A stretch of DNA of 47,136 nucleotides from Intoshia linei (Eukaryota; Animalia; Orthonectida). The stretch is taken from positions 1 to 47,136 of the forward strand of contig LWCA01000149.1 in the NCBI GenBank assembly GCA_001642005.1. The letters are read 5' to 3'. The notes under the pieces were generated by a model. It saw nothing but the letters and a program-made list of their open reading frames with translations. It did not search any database and was not told the DNA's origin. Of this stretch, positions 23,601 to 40,264 are shown piece after piece. The position numbers and the translations under genes were made by a program. Numbering within the stretch: position 1 is the first letter of the stretch; each line of letters opens with the position of its first letter.

Positions 23601-26575
23601 TACTGAAATAGTAAAAACATTAAAATTAAATTGTACTACATTATTTTGATACATTATTACGAACATGACGGTACGGGTTCTTTACATGGCACTGTTGTTG
23701 AGTATTTATTTTTAACCTTAATGATAAAATCTCCAGTATGTAAACCAGATGATTCAGCTTTTCCATTAGAAGCGATATTGTCCACGTACTGCAAAGCAGG
23801 GTGATCTTTGCTAGGCAGAAAGTTATATTGTCCTGAAGCATTTTCATTTGATTTAATAACTATATCCCAAGGATAAATAAACTTTTCATATTAGAAATAT
23901 AATTACCGCCACGCACAGAAAATCCAAAACCATTTTCACCTTTTTCAATGAAAATATTACGTATGTAGTTGAATTCACTAAATTTTCATGTAAGTATATT
24001 TTAATAATATTAATTGATTCCTTAAATATATAAAATTGAATTCCTGTGTGTTTTACCGTATATTTAAAAAATTGACAGTCGTAGAATTTAAAAAACCCAA
24101 TCTAATACAGTTTTTCGCAGGGATGTTGATATCTATTTTTTAGTTTCCGAATTTGAGTCCTTCAGTGTTACAAACCAAAATTTCCCTTTTGTTTAAAAAT
24201 AAAATCAACCCTAAAATTTAATAAAACATACATTTGAATTTTTTTAAAAAAAATAATCCATGGTTTTCATAATGAAAATTCACTTTTTTGATGTTGCTAT
24301 TTATGATAATGCTTATGATTTTAAAAACTATCCCACAATGTATGATGCATAAAATTCTAGAACTTTTATTATTTTTATTAAAAAGGGTAATTTGTGATTT
24401 TGGCCATGAAGATATAAGATTTTGAAATTGAAATTTATCATCATAGTGATGATTTCGAAATTTTATCAGATGGTGTTTTTTATATTTTTAAAACTCATTT
24501 GAATTTTAAAAAAAGGATAATTTTAGTTTTTGACCTGGAACGACTCAATTTCTGAAAATTAAATTTAACATAAAACATCACATTCGAAAAACTGTATCAG
24601 AAATGGACATTCTTAAGCCTAAGCCTCTTGCTTTCTTAAATAAAATGGAACAAACAAATAAATAAAAAAAAATTGATTTTTAATTAAATTACTTTATGTG
24701 TAATGCACATTGTGCATACTATGTATGTAAGGATTTACCCTTATACATTTTAAAATAAATTTATCGATAAAAATATTTTTAATTATTTTTATTTATGGTA
24801 AATTTCTATCGCTTACCAACCCTAGTGATGATCTATGTGGATGTTGATTTTGACAAGTTTAAAGTCTCAAGAAGAGATCCGTCCCATGAAAATAATGTTA
24901 ATTGAAATAATGAAAAATTTAACGTCTGATCATTAACGTTATCCAGTTGATTTCTATAACATGCCACAAAACGTAGACCCCAATATACAAATTTAAAAAA
25001 TTAGATTAATGTTGTTGTACCGGATTATTTGCAGGGTATTAATTGGTATGATCAATAAAATATAAGATAATTTTGTCAGAATTAAAATATTTTTAATCAT
25101 TACTTTTCATTTATAATTATGTTGCCCTGATGATTGGAATCATCATTTAACCCTAACTTTTTGGCTTTTCCCTTACAAACTGTTAGAGAAAACTCCAATA
25201 TTGAGGTCAAATAAAAATAGACTTAGCTAAAATTAGAGTAAATAATGTTCATTAATTAATAACTGATTAAAAACAGATGAAATCCTAAAATTTTCTGGTA
25301 CTGTATAATTATAATATAATATTATAATATACACTTTTTTTTATCGATAAAAATATTTTGATAAATTGCCAGCGCTAGATTTAACAAATTTTAATCAAAT
25401 TTTAAAATGGTGGCAGTACAATGTACATGTAATGTATCTGGAAATATGAAAAAACGCTTGTAAAGTGTAATTTACGCATATTAAATTTTAAGGTTGCCCA
25501 AATTCTGCATTTTATAATAATTTCCATAAATTTCTAAATGAAAAATTGGCAAGTCACAGTAAGTCTTTGACTTTTGAAATGATGAAATAATATTATCATT
25601 TTTATGCTGAAACAATTAAAACCTTTTTAAAAAGGCAGCACAACTTTGATCATACAGGTTGTCTTTGTTTTTGGTTAGTAATATAAGTCTTTGATGTCTT
25701 TCAATATCCTTATTGCTTTGATTTACTTCGTTAGAATCCAATTTATTGTAATAATCTTGGTTAGAAGCATTTTGTCTAATTAGTGGTGATCTATTCATAC
25801 AAAAAGATGTGGAAGGTTTTTTAATTCTTAAAGGATTCAAATGATTCCCACTTTGAGACATTTCAGATTGTGTATATTTTCTATCAGACATTGCGCGTCT
25901 GATGCTAAGTTTTGGAGTTAGTTTTTTGGTAAACTTTTTTAATTTAGGTGTGTGGGAACGTACAGGTGTTTGAGGTTGCGCATCATAATTTTTAATATTT
26001 TGTAATGCAATTACGTCAATTTCTGGTGCATTTTTTGTACCAGGTTTAGAAATGACTATAGCTTTTTTCAAATTGGATGAATGTAAAAGTTCATTCATGA
26101 AACCTTGAGATAAACGACGATTAACAGTTTTAATCGCGACAGATTCATTGATGTATTTTGATGGCATAATAAAAACAGGGGCATTTTCTGAATAAATAAT
26201 TTTTCCTGGTTGTGTAACAACTTGTCCATTTGGTAACATTTTTCTGGAAGGCGCTGTTTTATAGCAAATTTTAACTGGAACGCCACTATCAAATGTACTT
26301 AAACTTTTAACAGGTTCCACATGTTCATTTTCTAAAAAAACTTTTTCATCACTTATTGAAGTTAAATGCCAATTGCTATTAGATTTGTAAGTTTTTGAGT
26401 TTGACAAATCTGTTATATTTTTACCAATATCAAATCTCTTGTGTGTTTGATCAACGTTTGAATTTTTTATGATTTTAGTCTTATGTCCATCATTTTTATA
26501 GTTCTGATTTGTTGTTTTTGTGATTGAATCAGATATACTTTTTGGTACAAATTTTCCTCTTAATTTGTCATCCAT
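20682..26575 (-). CDS. Protein with a single Shank-type PDZ domain
   Basis: Phase-compatible exons 26575-25623, 23977-23907, 23859-23717, 23487-23364, 23326-23223, 21629-20682. PDZ: IFIEKGENGFGFSVRG...FLPSKDHPALQYVDNIASNGKAESSGLHTGDFIIKVNGINVANWMHQDLKRLI...ITLTV. The link to the 26575 exon is the least certain join. Confidence 0.7.
22130..22297. mobile_element. Partial copy of the 11780 hAT MITE
   Basis: TTCAAATTCTCACGACCCTCCTGATAAATTTCGCGACCCCCCGGTTGAAAACTACTG is nearly identical to ~11931-11986. Confidence 0.7.
24040..24690. repeat. Two oppositely oriented Helitron-like family fragments in an intron
   Basis: ~24045-24300 matches the family in + orientation and ~24330-24690 in - orientation (AAAAGGGTAATTTG, GACTCAATTTCTGAAA). 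Confidence 0.45.
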
Positions 26576-28688
26576 TTTTCTAAATTTAATTTTATATACA
26601 TGTAGTTATGTACAAGAAAATAGAGAAATATTTACAATATTTATAAAATCAATAATGGTAAATTATTAATTAATACTCAAATAGAAATTAATTAACAATA
26701 GAATTTTATAAAGTCGATACAGCCGTAAATCGATTATTATAAAAAGTTGAATAAACTATATGTAGAACTGAAATTTTCGACATTTTTGTTTCTCACCAGT
26801 ATGATAAGCCACCTTTTTTAAATGCAAAACTGAAAATATAAATTCATAATCCTTACTTGTAAAATTAAAAAAATTCCATCATTACAAAATTCTTATATTC
26901 GATTAAATTTAATTGTACAGTGTAGTCATTTCTGCTTACATGCTTGAATGTATTAATATGCAATTTATTTTAATCAATTAATGTTATTATGCAAAGTCGT
27001 GACTGCATTGTAAATCGGAATTAAAAATCAATTAAATTTTTAAAACGATTGTCGAAATTAACCAGGAGTTTAAAATGGCAGAATCAACAATTATTGATGA
27101 AAAAATATGACTACATTATTATTAATTATTTTTATATATTTTACTAAAATTACCTTTACTAAAAATTATAAATTTCATTAATTTGACTATCAGGCAACTA
27201 AAGAATTGAGTAAAAGCAACGTTTTCACAATTGAAATTAATAGGTCGTGAAATAGAAAAGTGTTTCGCAATATAGTCCAATATAATTCAGTATATTATCA
27301 TACTAATCAAGGTAATAAAAAATTTGAAGCACTTGTAATATTGAGTTAACATTGCATTAATTAAACATTAATTATTTCTAGTCCTAAATTTTTATTATGG
27401 AAGTGAAATATTTCTCATGCAATTACACGCTCTCATTTTATTAATTCCAGTGCAATTTGTGGAATTAATTGAATCATTGACATAATTTTCACCAATATAA
27501 ATTAATAAATATATATGTTTACAATATTTCGATAATTACATTTTGTAAAATTCATAATGTAATAAGTTACCAATAAGTTTAAAAATATTAAAAATTTTAT
27601 ATCACTAAAATGAAACACAAATTCAAATTTGAATGAAATATTGATAAATAAATATAGGTTTCTAGGTGGTCATATCAAATTTTGAGTTACGGAGTCAAAT
27701 ATTGGTTTTATATTTTTGGGTGGCTGCAAAATTTAAAATATATTATTATCTTTTACATTTCCAAAAGTTAAATTATCTTGACGCACTTCATGCACATTTT
27801 GCATTGCACGTTTTTTAGATTTTATATTTACCAGAATTAATACAATTAATTATTTTCGTTCGTTATTGTAAGAAAATTAATCAACAATAAATAATGTTTG
27901 TGATACTTTCAAGGTTTATTTCACTTTTTCGACTCAAATTGAGTCTCAGTATTCAAATTAAATGTGTTCTTATAGCAAAAAAATGTGTTCAAATAATTCT
28001 AAAGAGAAATACATTTTTTTTTTAGTAATTTCATCTTTTTAATTGCTGTACGCAACCAAATAAGGGTTAGATATTTGATGTTTTTGTAGTTGCCACGAGT
28101 AGCTATGTAAGCAAAAAAATAAAATTAAAAATTTTCATTTGTCAAAAGTCTATCGGCCTAAAAATATATTCAAAAATGATAAATCTCTGAGATACTCTAA
28201 TGTTATAATGTTGATATATTTTAAAATTTGTTATGAAAATGTCGTTTTCCTTTTTTTTGATGTATTTATTTTTTATTTTTGAGAAAATTTTCTTTGTTAG
28301 ATTTTTCCCACTCTTTTTTCACGCAGGGCCGGTAATAAATTATGAAATTTATCTCGGACCATTCATTTAATGATTAAATATAAATTACTAGGCAACATTA
28401 AAAAGAATTGATATTAAACGTAATTAATTACCTCTAACTAGTAAAAATGTTATCAAAATTATTTTTCGAACGAGTACTGGTCCGCGGACCGGCATTATGA
28501 ATGTGACATGACATGGCATATCCGTATGTGAAAATCTTCGTAAAAAATCACAATATAAAATTTATTGATAGTATCATTCATTCGATTATATAAATAACAA
28601 CTCGCGCATTATACTAAATACGTTGGAACGCCCTGACATATTTCTTGTAAAATTTTAAAATCATAAAAATAAATGAAATCAAGTATAG

Positions 28689-31516
<2,828 letters not shown>

Positions 31517-31566
31517 TATTTAAATTCATAATAATAAATATAAACAATGACACAAGATAATACACA

Positions 31567-34352
31567 TTAACTTTGAAATATATGTTGGGGTAATTTTCCA
31601 GTTCCTTTGAGTACTACAAATTTAGATACAGCCATTTCATAGTTCCATTTATTGTCAGAAAGACACTTTTCTGCATAATATGGTTTCAAATTTGAAGTTT
31701 GAATCAACCGTGTAACCAAACTTGCTCTATCAAGAGTAGCACAGTTTGGTTTTTTGTCGACACCAACATTGAACATTTCTGTGTTTGCTTTGTCATTGGA
31801 ACTTTCAAAAATGTCAAATTTTGTAGGATTTGAACTTAAATCGTCAAGTGATTTTGCATTACCAAATGGACTGATAATCGGTTCCGATGACAGTTTTGTA
31901 GACATATTATATCTTGCATTCCTATGTTGTTTATCTTCCGTGTTTAGAGAAGAAAATTTGTTGTGAAAATTTTGCTTTTTCTGGTTTCTTTGAGGTTTAT
32001 TTCCAATTCTGTTATGACTAAATTTGCTTCTGGCTACTTCAACTTTTTGATTTCTAACATGTTCTCTTGCTTTATTAACGAATTCGAAATCTTGTGAATA
32101 TTCAGTCATCCATTCTTTAAATTGTATATCTGTTGGATCGGAAATTGTCAACATTTCATTTCCAATTAAAAACCTAAGAATGTAAAATTTAAATAAAATG
32201 TAAATTTACCCATTTCCTTCGTTAATTAAATTAAAAACTCGCGAAAATGAGACCAAAACGTCCATATCAGCTAAAAAAATTAAAATACATTACATTAAAT
32301 TGAAATTACTTCTTCTGAAAATTCCATTTAGTACTATTCCAATAAACGTCTCCTAAAACATTTAAATTTCAATTGTAAATATTATTACGCTTTGATGGAA
32401 AATGTCAACATTAAGACTTTTAATATAATGAGTTGTTTTACAAAAAGAGTCTTTAAAATATGCAATTAAACTAATTTTGCAGGATATTACAGCTTTTGCT
32501 AAATAATTTATTTATTAAACTTGATATATTAACCGTTATATTCAGATTTGTAGAGATTTTGATTAGACCTGCCAATTATTTCTTTGATATATTTACTAAA
32601 GTAATAAAATATTGTAATTATTAAATAATACGAGGTATTCGTTGCAGCTGAAATAGAAAACATTGGATTATCAAAATAATAGTTAATTAGTTTTGCTCTG
32701 TCTTCACTGTCAAACAAATTTATATAACTAAATAAAAAATAAAATGTATTGATAAAAACGATTACTTTTCCAAAAAAGGTTGAATTAAATTGAGGGCACT
32801 ATCAGTTGGAGTAAAAAATCCTTGAATTGGAGGTAAACATGTGTTTTGTGAGGCTTCCTCTGAAAAATCAAAATGCAAACCGACAGGTTTAGCAAATTTA
32901 AGAAATGGAAACAACTCGGCCAATTTACTAAAATAATAATAATTTAAATTTGCAAACGTTAAATTTGAAAATAGTTAGATTGTCCAACTGCATATGCAGT
33001 AGACAACACATAATTACAAAATGTATGTTCATAATAAATCAACAGTATGATTTTTAATATTTTTAGCAATAATTCGTATGTTGAATACTATAATGTTGAA
33101 ATATCATTTTTTCATCAATTTCATTTAGTGTTGGAAAATTTAATATTTTTTAATTAAACTGTCGTATATTTATACTTTTTCCAGTTTGAATACTGTGTGG
33201 TTGGATTATTCTCGGCTAAAACCTCTTCCAAGTGTTTTAAATTTCTGAGGTGTTTAAATTCCTTCAGATGAGCAATCTAATTTTAAGTAAATAAAACATT
33301 ATGTAAACCTGATTATTGGACAAATTCAAAGCTTTGAGACACGGAATAAATTCAATTATGTTATTGAAGTGGAATAAACTTTCAATCCCATTTCCACTAA
33401 TGTCCAAATTCTCCAACTATAAATATATTTTACTAGTAAATATTTAAGTACCGTAGGATAGCATTCAAATATTAGGGAAAATATGAACCACAGATGAGAT
33501 GCTGTGTTTAAAAATATTGAAATGTTATGTTCTCTAAGTTCTAAATGGTCAATTAACGTATATATTAACAATCCATACGTGGATCAGAACTAATACTGCC
33601 AAGGTTTACCATATTTTTTTCTTTGGAATATCGACCATATAACACTTGCTAAAATTACATTTAAGTACTGTCAACTAATATTGCATAGTTTACAATTATT
33701 TAACTTACGCGAAAAATTAATTGATGTTCTACTGATGTAATGCATTTAGAAAGTTTACAGTTTGAAGCATACACATAAACAAGAAACTAAAATATTATAA
33801 TTACGTTCTTTAAAAAAAAAAACTGGTTGGTTATTGAAAATGCAGTTGGCTTTTGAGATAGATCTCAATTTAACAGACAAAAAATATTCTTTGACATAAA
33901 ATATCACATTTGATGTTTCAAGGTGATACTAAATTAACAATTTTTACGATACATCAAATTTATCATACCCCAAAGTGATCAAAAGATTCAACTTCCAAAA
34001 TCAGGTTCAAAAGATTCATCAATACATCCTTATTAATAAATTTTCCATTGGTTATCTGTAAAATTAACCCTATAAAATTATAGTTTATAAAATATACTTT
34101 CACAGTCCAACAATCTGGTTCAATATTGTTTGCATCAAATCTTCTCCCTTTTCTGAATTAAAACAATAAATACAATACAATATCATACTAACTTGGAAGA
34201 ATATTGTTTAAACCGTGGTGCCCGCGTTGGATTGTAATTTAGCCGGTTATTTCTTGTAGGTTCACTGTTGTCTAAATAAATTATATCGCAATATAAATAA
34301 GTAACATACAATTATTGGTAGATCTATACTTGCTTCGATAACGATTATTCAT
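31567..34352 (-). CDS. NXF1: Nuclear RNA export factor 1 (RRM-LRR-NTF2-like-UBA)
   Basis: Arg-rich N-terminus, LRRs (LENLDISGNGI, LKALNLSNNQI, LEEVLAENNP), an NTF2-like region (FDSEDRAKLINYY, VSFSRVFNL) and a TAP-C/UBA domain (SNLKPYYAEKCLSDNKWNYEMAVSKF..L...GKLP..IF). Many introns of 30-60 nt. Confidence 0.88.
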
Positions 34353-35249
34353 TTTTAGATTCTATATAAATTTGAAGTATTGTTTATTTTAAATCAATAT
34401 ATTGTTGTTAGTAACAACTTGTTACTAATCATCAGAGAGTCTCTGACTAATCAATCAATTCAGTCTGAATCAATTTTATTATCAATTGCTATTATCAACA
34501 TTCAACATTAAGTGTTGAATCAACTTGATATGGTGTACTCTACTAGACTCTACGTCGGTGATTCTCAAACTTTTTTACCACAGCGCGCACTAGTCATCAA
34601 TTAAAAATTTTGGAGGGACCATGTATAATATTTTAAAAGTTTATACTACATGGAAAGAAATTATGAGGTTCACAACTAAGAATTATTCAGGTAAATTGAC
34701 TTTAAAGAGATTCTACCGTACTATACAATTTTTTTAATTCTACCAAAAAAAATGAATTTAATAATAAAATCTTACTTAATCTGCTACACGACTATTATAA
34801 TAATTGATAATTATCAATCCTTTAAAGTAAAGTGACCAGAAAAATACATACTATCACTTATAGTTTATTTGGAATAAATTTTAAGCCGAAAATTTTTATT
34901 CGTCATCATAGATAAGTAGTTTGGCTTTACGTTTATCACCAAATAAATTAAAATATATAGTACGTATTTTTTCTGGCTACTATATTTAAAGGTACTACAT
35001 TATAAAATTTTTTAAATTAAATTGAATTATTCCCACTTAATTTTATTTGGTTAGGATTTTTGTAAAGAATTTTAGAGACTAATTTGTGATCCCATTTATT
35101 TAATTTATTAGAGAGAATCAGTGTATAATCTTAAAAATAAAGTTAAAGCAGTACAATCCTAAAAATTGTCACAAATAGCTTAAATTCCAGAAAAAATAAA
35201 ATTGTAAATACCGGCTTTGTCTTTTTCAATTTGATGAATCATCAGTATA

Positions 35250-35990
35250 TCCTTACTAAGTATTCCTTATTTATACATAAAAAATGTATAAAGTAAAATA
35301 GTTAAAAATGAATGCCTGTTTATTTGTTCCAGTTTATTTAAAAAAGTATGGAAAGTTGAATTTTAACAATTCCATATTCTTATAACCGTTTTTGCAGAGT
35401 GATGATTGCAAATTTCAATTTCAGAAATTGAGTCCTTCAAGGTTAAAAACCCGTTCTAGATTATTACTAATTACTAAACTAGACCCAAATTACCCTTGTT
35501 TGTAAAAATTAAGAAAGTTTTATAATGTTATACAACATAAATCCGGAATGGTTTTTAAATTCATAAACATCATCATAAATAGTAACCTCAAAAAAGGTAA
35601 TTTTCACTGTCAAAAACCCAGATTACTCTTTTTTTAAAAATTGGAACATCCCTAGAATTTAATTTTTTTTGGATGATACAGTTATATCCAGTAAACACAC
35701 ACAATTAAAATTTCGGTCTGATTAAGTGGCACCTTCATGGTCAAAAAAGCACTTTAGTATTCATTTTTTATTATATTATTTTATTAACAAAAACTGTTTT
35801 GTAATTTGTTGTAACAAGTTTGTAAAACAAAAAATTTGAAATAATTAATTCAGTCGTACGATTAAAAAAAAGAGATTATTCTAATACAGCTCATTCCAGT
35901 TGATATAAATACAAAATTTTATCCCCTGCGAAAACTGTATTAGAGACTTGATTTGTTTAAATTCTACGACTGTCTATTTTTTAAATATTA
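35250..35990. repeat. Helitron-like family copies
   Basis: Shares motifs with 12040-12370, 24040-24690 and 41400-41896 (e.g. TGAGTCCTTCAAGGTTAAAAACCC). Confidence 0.5.
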
Positions 35991-37092
35991 AATATTATTT
36001 TAAATGTGTATTACACATTGTATGTGCCTATTATTAGAATTAAAAAACCCAAATCGTTGGCTCGTATTAGATACGTCAATGTCCTTTCTACACCTCACCG
36101 TCTCTACTACTCATTCATACGTATATGAGCTCACTGGGTTGAACAGTCTTTATGTGCAAGTTGACTGTAAATAAAAATGATTATTTGCCTAAGGAGGTGT
36201 AAATGGAAACAATGTATATTCGGGATTGTACAGATGTAAGAACAGCTATGATGGGATCATGGTTTAACCTAATATAAATTAGTATTTACGAATATAGATG
36301 AATTATTGTAATAATTTTGAAATGAACTGGGATACAAAAGACTGAAATACATTTTATAAAAAAAAGCTTAAATTGAGAATATAAACTTAAATTTTATTAA
36401 TAAACCATATATTGATTTCATAATAAATTGGTATTAGTAAATTATAGTATAACTTTCAGGTATAAGTTATAACGTACCATTTTCCACTAATTATATATTC
36501 AAATTTGATAACTACTTCAATCCATAATATAAAAGGATATCACTTTAATATGTATAACTAGTTAAATAATTCAATAAACCATTGCAATGTATTGCAGTCG
36601 TGTCTAATTTTTATTGAATTCATAAAATGCAATTATTTTTGATGAACATAAAAATTAAAAAGAATTATTATGTACATTCTGAATGTATATTTTATTCGTA
36701 AAGTCGTCGTATCCGAATCAAATACTGATGTTTAATAAACATACATTTAACAATGTACATAACGCACTATAAAAACAATGTTATCAAATGAAATAGGAAT
36801 TAACTAGAATATCTCTTTGGAAATGAAATTACAAGTATTGCATAAATACATATATTGTGATCTATTTATTGCCGTTTTAATTGAATATTTAAGTTGGTTT
36901 ATTTTTTATTGACAAAATTGTATAACAATATCTGAAAAAAATTGTAACTATATTAAAGTACAGTTTTAGAGAATTTGTATCAAATCCAGTTTTATCAAGT
37001 AGTTGAAAAGTACGTAGTTTTCATTATTCTCAATACAAGTAAATTGTTATACACATAAACAATGTCCAAAAATACAATATTCATTTGAAGAA

Positions 37093-39497
37093 ATGAGTTC
37101 TCTATTACTTATGAAATCTAAACGTACGATGAATACTAGATGTTCCACTTTTGAAAATCGGAATGTAAGCTACTTAGACATAGAAAACCCAAAGAACGGC
37201 CAAAATGGCTTATCCAGTTGCAGTGATGTGGAAAGCGATCTTTCTGAACATTCAAATATTTCTGCCAATACCAAATTCAAAACAGTCCACAAAAAGCCAC
37301 AACTGAAACTCAACAAAACGAAATCAGTTCCACATCTCCCCAGCTGCAGTAACTCTGCTATTCACAAGACATATTCTCATCAGAATTTAAATAACCATCG
37401 TCATGCAAATTACAATAAAAATATGTCGAATTTATTTACTAAAAATTGGACCACATTGCAAAATTCGAAATATTTTATATCCAACGAAATAAAGTACGAG
37501 TTGGCATCAACATCGTCGATTACGAATTCCATGCGGTTGAACAATGTCAAACTAAACAGTATAATGACACCTTCTCCAAACGAAAACGCCAGTGTTGACT
37601 TTAATAAAAAATCAATTAAGGTAATTTGTTAATTAAAATGAAAATTATCTAATTTCAATTTAGTTTTTGTCCCAAAAACAAAAATTTCGATTAGCTAATA
37701 TATTGACCAGTAAAATTCCTATTCATGGAAAAGGCGATTTTCCTACTATAGACGTTGAGTTGATGGATTTTATAACGAAATTGGCAGATTCCATATCCTC
37801 GTCGCAAATTAATTTAAATGGAGTGCGTCTTAACGGCACAACAGCGTCTTATATCTTGGCAAATCCGGACTATAACAATACTGTCACTTACACAGACATT
37901 GATTTAATTTTCTGTGTTGATCTCTCTGATTCGCAAGCTTTCGAATTGGTGCGCACAGCCGTGTTTGAGACACTTCTAAGCTTGATTGAAGATTATTCAA
38001 TGTCTATAAACAATATTATAGACGCCTATGTAGTTAAAATGTTGAAAATTGACACTCCCAGTGATTGTTGGAGTCTTATTGCTCTGTCAAATAACCTGGG
38101 ACGCAATCTTGAAATAAAATTTGTTGACAAGATTCAGCGACAATTTGAATTTTCGTAAAAATTTTATTTTTTAATTTTAATTTATTCTTAGAGTTGATTC
38201 TTTTCAAATTGAGTTAATGCCATTATTAAAGGAAGGAGAATATGAATTTAATGATATGGATAATTCAGTCAATAGTACTTCTAGTTTGAGTTCATCGCTG
38301 GGTTCTATCACCTTCAATGATGTAAATTCGACTTTAAAGCCAAACCAAGAACCCCGAGACACTAATGTTATTAGAAAAATTGTATATAGTAATCTTTACG
38401 CGGAAAGCGTGTATGGAAATTTCAACATAGCTCTATACCACCTAAACCACAAAATGATTGTGACACGAGCTCCCGAGAATATTAGAGGTGGAGGTTTGTT
38501 AAAATATGTGTCATTAGTGTTACAAAACTATCGATTTAACAAATACAACGACATCAACAATTTAATTATATTTATGTGTTCAAGATTCTTTATCGACTTT
38601 AAAAAATTTGAAATGCAGAGAATCCAAATAGAAAAATATATCTCTTCTCACTTTATTGGAAATTATATACACAAGAAAAATTACCTAGAGTGTCTGTATT
38701 ATGTTATTCGAATGGGATCGATGTGTTTAATGCCATCGGATCTTTATAGGATCTTAGCATTTTTAGAAATGGGAGTTAAATACTGTCTCTATGTTCACGA
38801 TACGATTCAACATTATCCCATTTTAAAAGATTATTTTACTGAAAATATAGTATTTTATTATTCTAATGGAGGCCCAAAAATTCGATCAAGTTTCAAAACA
38901 ATGCTAAATATCGACCAAATTTTGAATCCAATGAAAACCACCTTTTCACCATTTCAAAGTCCATATTCGGACTTTTCCAATATCAAAACAGAATCTTTCG
39001 CATTTATTCACGTACCGCCACTGACAAAATATTATGGTCATGTAAATTTGCAATATAGAAATAGCTTTAACCAGAAATACCAGGCTTACTGCGGGCAGCC
39101 CTATTTCAACCCTTTTATTCCATCGTGTTTTTACAATCCTGTAAACCGCGGTGCCACGCCAAATTTAGGAAATGTAAATATTTCCAATTCTGGTTCGTCT
39201 GCTAATTTAGAAGACGAAAAACGTGATGTCAACCCTGACAATGGTGCTTACCCTGGCATTATGAATACAAGGTATCCAACACCAAATGTTACTCATGTTC
39301 CTAGGTTTTATCCAGTCATTCCTTTATATCACAAATACAATCAAACAAATTATTTATTGAACCAATCTCATTCAAGTCATGTAATGCGATCGAATGAACA
39401 CTGCTATGAACCAGGAATGTATTATACTCCGGTTAATTCAAATACAATAAACGACAAAATATGCTCAAATATGCCGAAACCAAACCAATACAAATAA
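37093..39497 (+). CDS. TENT5: Terminal nucleotidyltransferase 5 (FAM46 family non-canonical poly(A) polymerase)
   Basis: Exons 37093-37620, 37664-38154, 38192-39497. Motifs IPIHGKGDFPT, VRLNGTTAS, YTDIDLIF, WSLIALSNNLGRNLEIKFVD, RQFEFSVDSFQI, ESVYGNF, IRGGGLLKY and MCSRFFIDF. Confidence 0.93.
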
Positions 39498-39795
39498 AAA
39501 TATATGGAATAAATTTTATTTTGTTAATACACATGTATTTACGCTATTTCAATATATTTCGTGTCATTTTTAATTTGATTATTTTTTTAATATTGCACAT
39601 GTATAATTTCAATATTTTTTTGGTACCAAAAAAAACTTCTTATAAAAAGGGTTCAGCGGAAACTTGTATGTTTCTTAAATATGTAGGTATAATGTGAATA
39701 TAAAAATTAAATAATATAACGAACAGTAGCTATCTGCCTAGGTTGAATAATTTAATTATGAATTTTGTGATTATTTCCATATTTTAAATATTAAT

Positions 39796-39887
39796 AGTCC
39801 TATTTAACGGAATTTTTGGCACTCAAAAATTATAATGTAGTCGATTACAACATAAGAAAAAATTTTGAAATTCCGTTAAATAGGACT
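39796..39887. mobile_element. 92-bp MITE with perfect 20-bp TIRs
   Basis: AGTCCTATTTAACGGAATTT at the left end and AAATTCCGTTAAATAGGACT at the right end. Confidence 0.65.
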
Positions 39888-40264
39888 TAGACCAGTGTTT
39901 CCGAACCTTTTTTCTAAGCCCCACTTTCACTCTGAAAAAAAATTAGCCCTAATGCCAAATTTTTTGGAGTTGATACAACAGTTCACTCACCAAATATTAC
40001 TATTATTAATAATAATTTAATTATTATTTTCTAATAAATTATAAATGGAAAGTTATTATTGTCGAAATTTGAGCAAATTGTATTAAAACTAGGTTGACTG
40101 TTATGTACTACGTACAAACAGGACCTAGCTCTGCCGAGGGTAAATTTTTTTATACATAAAAAATAAATTGACATTGAAAATCTAATTTAAAAATCCTACT
40201 ATTCACTATTATCCATCCTTTAAAGGAGTGGTTCCCAAATTTGTTTCAGGTGGAACCATCATAT

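Noticed and set aside
24825-24932. Box C/D snoRNA-like GTGATGA...CTGA
   Set aside because: Antisense to the host gene, with no recognisable rRNA guide or separate terminal stem.
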